Shown: positions 57,109 to 64,000 of the stretch, in pieces
Layout of the letters: each line of letters starts with the position of its first letter
Position numbering within the stretch: the stretch's first letter is position 1
Origin: an uncultured Ruegeria sp.
GTDB taxonomy: Bacteria; Pseudomonadota; Alphaproteobacteria; Rhodobacterales; Rhodobacteraceae
Direction of reading: 5' to 3'
Length of the DNA: 64,000 nt
Assembly (NCBI GenBank): GCA_963669395.1
Contig: OY770022.1
Coordinates: 1,329,305 to 1,393,304, forward strand
Translations under genes and position numbers: made by a program
Notes under the pieces: generated by a model
Database searches by the model: none
The model's input: the letters and a program-made list of their open reading frames with translations, nothing else
Told to the model about the DNA's origin: nothing

Positions 57109-57156
57109 GGTCCGATACCCCAACATCGAAACTTCCAATTCGTAAGGAGATACATC

Positions 57157-57381
57157 ATGGAAGGCGATCTCGCACACATCGGCGCAGGCCTGGCAGCAAT
57201 CGGTTCCGGCGCAGCCGCAATCGGGGTGGGCAACGTTGCAGGCAACTTCCTGGCCGGCGCCCTGCGCAACCCTTCGGCGGCTGCATCGCAGACCGCAACC
57301 CTGTTCATCGGTATCGCATTCGCAGAAGCCCTGGGGATCTTCGCATTCCTGGTCTCGCTGCTGCTGATGTTCGCCGTCTAA
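57157..57381 (+). CDS. atpE: ATP synthase Fo subunit c
   Basis: RNP loop and conserved Glu in FAEAL. Confidence 0.97.
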   Translation: MEGDLAHIGAGLAAIGSGAAAIGVGNVAGNFLAGALRNPSAAASQTATLFIGIAFAEALGIFAFLVSLLLMFAV

Positions 57382-57467
57382 TCTGCGGAACCTGATCCTT
57401 ACGCGCAGGTGGGTCCAAGCCATAGCGGCCCACCTGTTGTAAAGACAACGTTCCGACGGAGGACATC

Positions 57468-58019
57468 ATGGCGACTGAACCCATTAGCGAAGAAGTAGTT
57501 GGCTCGTGCGTCGACTCCTATGGCTCAGCCATCGGGATGCCGCAGCTCTGCTTCGATTGGTTCCCCAACCAGATTTTCTGGCTGGTCATTACGCTGGTCG
57601 TCATCTTTCTGGTCCTGTCCCGCGTGGCCTTGCCGCGCATCGCGGCAATCCTGGCTGAACGCCAGGGGACCATTACAAATGACCTGGCTGCGGCCGAAGA
57701 TCTGAAGGCCAAAGCGGTCGAGGCTGAAGAGGCCTATAACAAGGCGCTGGCCGATGCCCGTGCCGAAGCGCAGCGTATCGCTGCCGAAGCACGCGCCGAA
57801 ATCCAGGCCGATCTGGATGACGCGATTGCCAAGGCAGACGCAGAAATCGCTGCAAAGGCGGCTGAATCGGAAAAGGCAATTGCCGATATCCGTGCCGGTG
57901 CGCTGGAAAGCATTCAAGTGGTTGCCAAGGATACGGCAGCTGAACTGGTTACCGCACTGGGCGGCGAGGCGGATGCCAAAGCCATCGACGGTGCAGTTGA
58001 CGCACAGATGAAAGGATAA
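57468..58019 (+). CDS. ATP synthase Fo subunit b'
   Basis: MPQL...NQIFWL, LPRI, coiled coil. Confidence 0.95.
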   Translation: MATEPISEEVVGSCVDSYGSAIGMPQLCFDWFPNQIFWLVITLVVIFLVLSRVALPRIAAILAERQGTITNDLAAAEDLKAKAVEAEEAYNKALADARAEAQRIAAEARAEIQADLDDAIAKADAEIAAKAAESEKAIADIRAGALESIQVVAKDTAAELVTALGGEADAKAIDGAVDAQMKG

Positions 58020-58024
58020 GTGAC

Positions 58025-58585
58025 ATGCGCAACACTCTTGCTCTTATCCTGACCCTCGGTGCCGCCAGCCCGGCTCTGGCCGCAAGTGGCCCGTTCTTCT
58101 CGCTTGGCAATACCGACTTTGTCGTCCTTCTGGGCTTTATCGTCTTCATTGCGGTCCTGTTCTACTTCAAGGTTCCCGGCCTGATCGGCGGTGCCCTGGA
58201 CAAAAGGGCCGAAGGTATTAAGTCGGAGCTCGACGAAGCCCGCGCCCTGCACGAAGAAGCCCGCAGCCTGCTGGCCTCGTACGAGCGCAAGCAGCGCGAG
58301 GTGCAGACTCAGGCAGACGCGATTGTGGCGGCTGCGAAAGACGATGCGGCACTGGCGGCGGAACAGGCCAAGGTCGATCTGGAGAAATCCATTGCACGCC
58401 GTCTGGCGGCTGCACAGGATCAGATCGCATCGGCCGAAGCTTCGGCCGTGAAGGAAGTCCGTGATCAGGCCATTACGATTGCGGTATCCGCCGCGAACGC
58501 CGTTCTGGCCAAGCAGATGACTGCGACGCAGGCCAACAAGCTGATCGACGCATCCATTGCCGACGTTGGTGAAAAGCTTCACTAA
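58025..58585 (+). CDS. atpF: ATP synthase Fo subunit b
   Basis: TM segment plus LDKRA.I..EL.EA coiled coil. Confidence 0.95.
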   Translation: MRNTLALILTLGAASPALAASGPFFSLGNTDFVVLLGFIVFIAVLFYFKVPGLIGGALDKRAEGIKSELDEARALHEEARSLLASYERKQREVQTQADAIVAAAKDDAALAAEQAKVDLEKSIARRLAAAQDQIASAEASAVKEVRDQAITIAVSAANAVLAKQMTATQANKLIDASIADVGEKLH

Positions 58586-58607
58586 CCGTATCACATTGTG
58601 ATCAAGG

Positions 58608-58640
58608 AAAACCCGAAAGCCGCTGGCCTTCGGGTTTTTT
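58608..58640. terminator. Bidirectional terminator
   Basis: AAAACCCGAA...TTCGGGTTTTTT between convergent genes. Confidence 0.75.
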
Positions 58641-58667
58641 GTTTCCGTACAGTCCCGAGTTAAGCCC

Positions 58668-59438
58668 TCAGGGCTTGCCGGTTTCATGCTCCAGTCGCTG
58701 TTGGGCGATTGCCTCGTTCCGCAGCGCTTTCTGCTGATCCGCCAGACATTGTTCAACAAAGCTCAGATGCTGCTCGACCGCCTGCCGCGCCCCCTGCGGA
58801 TCGCGGTCCTGCAGGGCGGTATTGATGGCGCGGTGCTGTTCCAGAATGGCCTCTCGGTTGGTGCGTTGCTGAAACATCACCTGTCGGTTGTAGAAGACGC
58901 CCTGACGCAGCAGATCGTACATCGACCGCATCATGTGCAGCATGACCACGTTGTGGCTGGCTTCGATGATCGCCATGTGGAACTGCGCGTCCAGGATTGC
59001 CTCTTCCTCGGCGGCGTTGCGGGCATGGGCGGCTTCCATCTTGTCGATGATCGCCTGCACCACCTTCAGATCGCTTTCTGATCCCAACCGGGCCGCGCGC
59101 TCGGCCGCCAGACCCTCCATATCCCGCCGAAACGACAGATAGTCGAACACGGCCTCGTCATGGCTGCCGAACAGACGGATCAGACCCGGCGAGAAGGCCG
59201 AGCCCAGAACATCGGCAACATAAATGCCAGATCCCGCTTTGGCCGTCAGCAACCCCTGATCCTGCAATTCCGATATCGCGTCACGCAAAGACGGGCGCGA
59301 GACACCCATCCGGTCGGCCAATTCCCTTTCGGCCGGCAGGCGCTCTCCGGGGCGCAGAATCCCGCGCAATATCAGCAATTCGATCTGCCGGACCACGGCC
59401 AGAGACAGCTTTTCGCTTTGAACTTTGTGAAAGGGCAT
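58668..59438 (-). CDS. FadR/GntR (PdhR/LldR/GlcC-like) regulator
   Basis: LPAEREL, VSRPSLR, D..FH..I..ASHN. Confidence 0.94.
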   Translation of the reverse strand: MPFHKVQSEKLSLAVVRQIELLILRGILRPGERLPAERELADRMGVSRPSLRDAISELQDQGLLTAKAGSGIYVADVLGSAFSPGLIRLFGSHDEAVFDYLSFRRDMEGLAAERAARLGSESDLKVVQAIIDKMEAAHARNAAEEEAILDAQFHMAIIEASHNVVMLHMMRSMYDLLRQGVFYNRQVMFQQRTNREAILEQHRAINTALQDRDPQGARQAVEQHLSFVEQCLADQQKALRNEAIAQQRLEHETGKP

Positions 59439-59455
59439 CGGTCATCACGTGAAAT

Positions 59456-59542
59456 TGGTCAACTAACATGACCACGTATTCGGCCCATGTGCAAGAATGT
59501 GCCATCACGATGATTGAAATAATAGGTCAGCAATATTGACCT
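59456..59542. promoter_or_regulatory. Two FadR-type operators, TGGTCA-N7-TGACCA and AGGTCA-N7-TGACCT
   Basis: Palindromes at 59456-59474 and 59524-59542 between the regulator and the aminotransferase. Confidence 0.65.
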
Positions 59543-59596
59543 TAATGCAAACGTGAATAGCGTGCCGCCGTAACAGGGCTGAGGAGGTCGATTGCC

Positions 59597-60790
59597 ATGG
59601 ACAAGCTTTATGCCACCCGCGCATCCCGGATGAAGGCATCCGAGATCCGCGAATTGCTGAAACTGCTGGATCAGCCGGACATCATTTCCTTTGCCGGCGG
59701 CATACCGGACCCGGCGCTGTTCCCGGCGGACGCCTTTGCACAAGCCTTTCAGGCAGCGTTGTCCCCCGCACAAAGGGCGCAGGCCCTGCAGTATTCGGTC
59801 AGCGAAGGCTACGTGCCGCTGCGCCAGTGGCTGGCGGATCATATGCGTGCAATCGGGGTCGAATGCGGCATCGACAACATCCTGATCACCTCGGGGTCGC
59901 AGCAGGCGCTGGATTATCTGGGTAAGCTGTTCCTGTCGCCCGGGGATGCGGCCCTCGTCGGGTGGCCCACCTATCTGGGCGCGCTGGCGGCCTTTAATGC
60001 CTACGAGCCGCGTTTTGACCAACTCAGCATCAATGGCAACCGCGGGGCCGACGAATATGCCGCGGCAGCAGGTCAGGGCGCGGTCAAGTTTGCCTACCTG
60101 TCCCCGGATTTTGCCAACCCCACCGGCGAAACGGTCGACCTGCGTGGGCGCGAAACCCTGCTGGATCTGGCCGAGGATCTGGACTGCGCGATAATCGAGG
60201 ACGGCGCCTATCAGGCCCTGCGCTATGACGGCGATCCGATCCCGCCCGTTCTGGCGCTGGAACTGGCCCGCAAAAGGTCGATCGAAGCGTGCCGCACCAT
60301 CTATTGCGGAAGCTTCTCAAAAACCCTGTCGCCGGGCCTGCGCATGGGCTGGGTGGTGGCGGCAAAGCCGGTGATTTCCCGGCTGGTGCTGATGAAACAG
60401 GCCGCCGATCTGCATTCGGCCACGATCAACCAGATGGCGGTGCACCAGGTGGCACAAGCCTGTTTCGACACGCATATCCCAATGTTGCGCCGCGTCTATG
60501 GCGCGCGTCGCGATGCGATGCTGGCGGCGCTGAAGGAGCACATGCCTGAGGGTGTCGCATGGACCCGCCCCGAAGGCGGCATGTTCATCTGGCTAACCCT
60601 GCCGAAAGAGATCAACGGCGCCGACCTGCTGGCGCGGGCATTGGAGACGGTGAAGGTTGCCTTTGTGCCGGGGCACGCGTTTTTCCCCGACGGCTCTGGC
60701 ACAAACACCATCCGCCTCAGCTTCTCGAACTCGGACGAAGAGACCATCCGTGAAGGCGTACGCCGGTTGGGCGAGGCCCTGCGCGCCTGA
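59597..60790 (+). CDS. PLP-dependent aminotransferase class I/II (LysN-like)
   Basis: SFAGGIP, GSQQALD, NPTG, SFSKTLSPGLRMGW. Confidence 0.93.
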   Translation: MDKLYATRASRMKASEIRELLKLLDQPDIISFAGGIPDPALFPADAFAQAFQAALSPAQRAQALQYSVSEGYVPLRQWLADHMRAIGVECGIDNILITSGSQQALDYLGKLFLSPGDAALVGWPTYLGALAAFNAYEPRFDQLSINGNRGADEYAAAAGQGAVKFAYLSPDFANPTGETVDLRGRETLLDLAEDLDCAIIEDGAYQALRYDGDPIPPVLALELARKRSIEACRTIYCGSFSKTLSPGLRMGWVVAAKPVISRLVLMKQAADLHSATINQMAVHQVAQACFDTHIPMLRRVYGARRDAMLAALKEHMPEGVAWTRPEGGMFIWLTLPKEINGADLLARALETVKVAFVPGHAFFPDGSGTNTIRLSFSNSDEETIREGVRRLGEALRA

Positions 60791-60832
60791 TCCGGAAAGG
60801 AAACGTTAACCAGATTGCCGCAAGACTGCGGC

Positions 60833-61219
60833 ATGATCCGTTTGCTTGCCCTGTTGCTGCTGGCGGCCTGTTCGGCTGGCACGCCCTATTTTCGCAACCT
60901 CCCGGCCACCCGTGTTGCCGTCAATGGCAGCGTGTTCGATGTGCGTGTGCGCAACGAACTGGCCGAAGCGGTGCGGGTGAACACGCAATACGCCCCGCGT
61001 CTGGGACTGATCCGCGATCGCGCGGCGCTGGCCATGGCGCAGGTATCGGGCTGCCCGATCCTGGACGTGCTGGGCGATGCCGCAGTGACGGTCGGCGTTC
61101 TGGGCTGCGACCGGGAAATGGGCGAGCGGCTATTGCTGACGGCGATCTCGCGTCCGAACTATGAGTGTATCAGCTATGGGGGATTCGACTATGCGGTGTA
61201 TGAATGCACCCCTTATTGA
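60833..61219 (+). CDS. Hypothetical lipoprotein
   Basis: Lipobox LLAAC; Cys-rich C-terminus. Confidence 0.75.
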   Translation: MIRLLALLLLAACSAGTPYFRNLPATRVAVNGSVFDVRVRNELAEAVRVNTQYAPRLGLIRDRAALAMAQVSGCPILDVLGDAAVTVGVLGCDREMGERLLLTAISRPNYECISYGGFDYAVYECTPY

Positions 61220-61360
61220 AACGCGCGGATTGTTGCGAGATTTGGCAAGATATTGTGGATAACTCGGATCATTGGTCCATATACTGCGTATCTCCGTTGA
61301 CACCTCCCCCTTCGGTTGCGCAGACTTCCTACTCATAGGAATCACGGGACCCAGCGGCCA

Positions 61361-64000
61361 TTGCGCTTTAGCAAACTCAAACTGACCGGCTTCAAAAGCT
61401 TTGTTGATCCGACCGATCTGATCATCGCGGACGGGTTGACCGGTGTTGTGGGTCCGAATGGATGCGGCAAGTCCAATCTGCTCGAGGCGCTGCGCTGGGT
61501 CATGGGGGAAAACCGCCCGAAATCCATGCGCGGCGGCGCTATGGAGGATGTGATTTTTGCCGGCGCTGCCACGCGCCCCGCCCGCAATTTCGCCGAAGTG
61601 GTCCTGACCATGGACAACTCGGAACGTCTGGCGCCATCCGGGTTCAACGAGAGCGACCAGCTTGAGATCGTCCGCCGCATCACCCGCGATGTGGGCAGCG
61701 CCTACAAGACCAACGGCAAGGACGTGCGCGCCCGTGACGTGCAGATGCTGTTCGCCGATGCCTCGACCGGTGCACATTCACCGGCGCTGGTCGGCCAAAA
61801 CCGCATCGCCGAACTGATCAACGCCAAACCCCGCGCGCGCCGCCGCATTCTTGAAGAGGCGGCGGGTATCTCGGGCCTGTATCAGCGCCGGCACGAGGCC
61901 GAGCTGAAATTGAAAGGCACCGAAGCCAACCTGACCCGAGTCGATGATGTGCTGGAACAATTGGGCACCCAACTGGCGCAACTCGCCCGTCAGGCCCGCC
62001 AGGCCGCCCGCTATCGCGAGATCGGCGAACAACTGCGGCAGGCTGAAGGGATGTTGCTGTATCGTCGTTGGAAAGAGGCCGACATGGCCCGCCAGCAGGC
62101 CGAGGAAAAACTGCGCGACCGCATCACCGAAGCCTCGCGCGCCGAGGCCGAAGCCCGCGCGGCTGCCGCCAAACGCGCCGAGATCGAAGAAACCCTGCCA
62201 CCGCTGCGCGAGGAAGAAGCCATCGCCGCCGCCGTCCTGCAGCGCCAGCAGGTTCAGCGCGACCAGCTTTCCGATCAGGAATCCCGCGCACGCCAAACCA
62301 TCGAAACCCTGACCAACCGCATCAAGCAACTTGGCAACGATATCGAACGCGAAGCCGGGCTGAACCGCGACGCGGGCGAGATGATCGAGCGTCTGGAATG
62401 GGAAGCCCGTGAGCTGGCCAAAGCGGCCGAAGGTCATGACGACAAAGTCTCCGAGGCTGCCGAAATCGCGCGCGAAGCCGCATCCGTGCTGCAGGACCGC
62501 GAGGATCACCTGTCGCAGGAAACCGAGGACATGGCCCGCCTCGTCGCCCGCCACCAGTCGGCGCAGCGGCTGGTCGAGGACAGCCGCAAGACCCTGTCCC
62601 GCTCTGAGGCCGAAGAAGACAAGGCGCGCGCCGCCGTGGATGAGGCCAAAGCTGCCCTGACCCGTGCCAGCGAAGCCTTTGAGGCCGCGCAAGACGGTGA
62701 GGAAGAAGCCCGCGAAGCCGCCGAAGCCGCCGAGGAAGCTCTGGCCTCCGCTGACGAGCTGCGCAACGACACGCAGGCCCGCGAAGCGGAAGCCCGCGCG
62801 CAAAGGTCCGAAGCCGAAGGGGAGTTGGGGGCCATTCGCGCGGAAACCATGGCGCTGGCCAAACTGGTCGAACGGGATACGGCCGAAGGCGGGCAGGTGC
62901 TTGATCTGCTGCGTGTGGCGCCGGGCTATGAAAAGGCGCTGGGGGCTGCGTTGGCCGACGATCTGCGCGCGCCCCTGGTCGAAGGCGACGGTCCTTCCGG
63001 CTGGGTTCAGGTTGCGGGATATGACAATGATCAGCCCTTGCCCGACGGTGCGGAACCGCTGGCGCTGCATGTCTCGGGGCCGGATCGCCTCAGCCGCCGG
63101 ATTGCGCAAATCGGGTTGGTGGATGCCGATCTGGGCGCGCGACTGCAAGCTTCTCTGAAGCCCGGCCAGCGGTTGGTGTCGCGGTCCGGCGATTTGTGGC
63201 GCTGGGACGGTTTCAGGGCCTGGGCCGAGGATGCGCCAAGCGCGGCGGCCCTGCGGCTTGAACAGCTCAACAAGCTGGAAGCGCTTAAGCAGGAACTGAC
63301 CCGTACCGAAGCGCAGGCCGATGGTGCCCGCGCCGCGCACGAGGCGCTGTCTCGGAAACTGGCGGACGTGACCGAAGCCGATCGCCGCGCGCGCGAAGCC
63401 CGCCGTGCCGCCGATCAGCGCATGGCCGAAACCGCCCGCCTGCTGAGCCGGGCGGAGGCCGACCGCAACCTGGCGCAGGGCAAGCTGGAAACCCTGTCCC
63501 TTGCAGTGGATCGCCATAAGGAGGACGCCATGTCCGCCCGGGTCCAGTTGCGCGAGGCCGAAGGCGCATTGAGCGGTCTGGGCGACCTCGACAGTGCCCG
63601 AGCGCAGGTCGAGGACATCAAGCAGACGGTCGAGGCGGCGCGGATCACCATGCTGACCCACCGCTCGACCCATGACGAATTGCGCCGCGAGGGCGAGGCG
63701 CGGACCCGGCGCTCGCAAGAAGTGACCAAAGACCTCAGCGGCTGGAAGCACCGTCTGGAGACGGCGGAAAGGCGTATCTCGGAACTGGCTGAACGCAAGG
63801 AAAGCTCGGAAGAGGAACTGTCCGATGCTATGGCCGCCCCCGGCGAGATTGCCGAGGCCCGCGAGGAGTTAAACGAACTGATCGAAGCGGCCGAGGCCCG
63901 CCGGGCTGAGGCCGCCGACAAACTGGCTGAGGCCGAGACCCAGCAGCGCGAGATGGTCCTGGCCGAGCGCGAGGCGGAACGCCATGCATCGGAGGCCCGG
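61361..64000 (+). CDS. smc: Chromosome segregation protein SMC (partial; runs off the right edge)
   Basis: TTG start; MRFSKLKLTGFKSF...GPNGCGKSN...MEDVIFAG, coiled coils and hinge region. Confidence 0.97.
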   Translation, partial: MRFSKLKLTGFKSFVDPTDLIIADGLTGVVGPNGCGKSNLLEALRWVMGENRPKSMRGGAMEDVIFAGAATRPARNFAEVVLTMDNSERLAPSGFNESDQLEIVRRITRDVGSAYKTNGKDVRARDVQMLFADASTGAHSPALVGQNRIAELINAKPRARRRILEEAAGISGLYQRRHEAELKLKGTEANLTRVDDVLEQLGTQLAQLARQARQAARYREIGEQLRQAEGMLLYRRWKEADMARQQAEEKLRDRITEASRAEAEARAAAAKRAEIEETLPPLREEEAIAAAVLQRQQVQRDQLSDQESRARQTIETLTNRIKQLGNDIEREAGLNRDAGEMIERLEWEARELAKAAEGHDDKVSEAAEIAREAASVLQDREDHLSQETEDMARLVARHQSAQRLVEDSRKTLSRSEAEEDKARAAVDEAKAALTRASEAFEAAQDGEEEAREAAEAAEEALASADELRNDTQAREAEARAQRSEAEGELGAIRAETMALAKLVERDTAEGGQVLDLLRVAPGYEKALGAALADDLRAPLVEGDGPSGWVQVAGYDNDQPLPDGAEPLALHVSGPDRLSRRIAQIGLVDADLGARLQASLKPGQRLVSRSGDLWRWDGFRAWAEDAPSAAALRLEQLNKLEALKQELTRTEAQADGARAAHEALSRKLADVTEADRRAREARRAADQRMAETARLLSRAEADRNLAQGKLETLSLAVDRHKEDAMSARVQLREAEGALSGLGDLDSARAQVEDIKQTVEAARITMLTHRSTHDELRREGEARTRRSQEVTKDLSGWKHRLETAERRISELAERKESSEEELSDAMAAPGEIAEAREELNELIEAAEARRAEAADKLAEAETQQREMVLAEREAERHASEAR

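Noticed and set aside
1-64000. CRISPR array, rRNA, intact IS/prophage or defence system
   Set aside because: No spaced direct repeats, transposase, phage or defence motifs seen by eye.

Overview
Alphaproteobacterial chromosomal window, Roseobacter/Ruegeria-like by gene order and protein content. (1) 1-8.4 kb, minus strand: DeoR regulator, FAD/THF-dependent GcvT-family (sarcosine/dimethylglycine dehydrogenase-like) enzyme, EamA protein and a 2-aminoethylphosphonate-type ABC transporter. (2) About 9.07-26.03 kb: a decayed genomic island in the 3' end of tRNA-Met(CAT). It has a 13-bp direct repeat and remnants of mobC, a MobA/MobL relaxase and a large serine recombinase. Its cargo is an apparently intact GntR-regulated catabolic cluster that I cannot assign to a known pathway: TRAP transporter, three Gfo/Idh/MocA dehydrogenases, an NAD-type shikimate dehydrogenase homolog, a QuiC1-type fusion with a degenerate dehydratase active site, a citryl-CoA lyase-like protein, an AUDH-like cupin, a TIM-barrel protein, an acylating aldehyde dehydrogenase and a ThDP enzyme. 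(3) 26-42 kb: a BVMO/hydrolase pair and a methylated-amine catabolic neighbourhood (Rieske oxygenase, LysR, BCCT with a structured 5' leader, MttB, two SDRs, FAD oxidoreductase, ALDH, DapA-like lyase, GntR, GlxA). (4) 42-64 kb: core genome with a candidate rod-shaped ncRNA, trmD, rimM, bluB, rpsP, chorismate mutase, four GNATs, ffh, azoR, the Fo ATP synthase operon and smc (partial). All family calls are from motif recognition by eye; no database searches were run.
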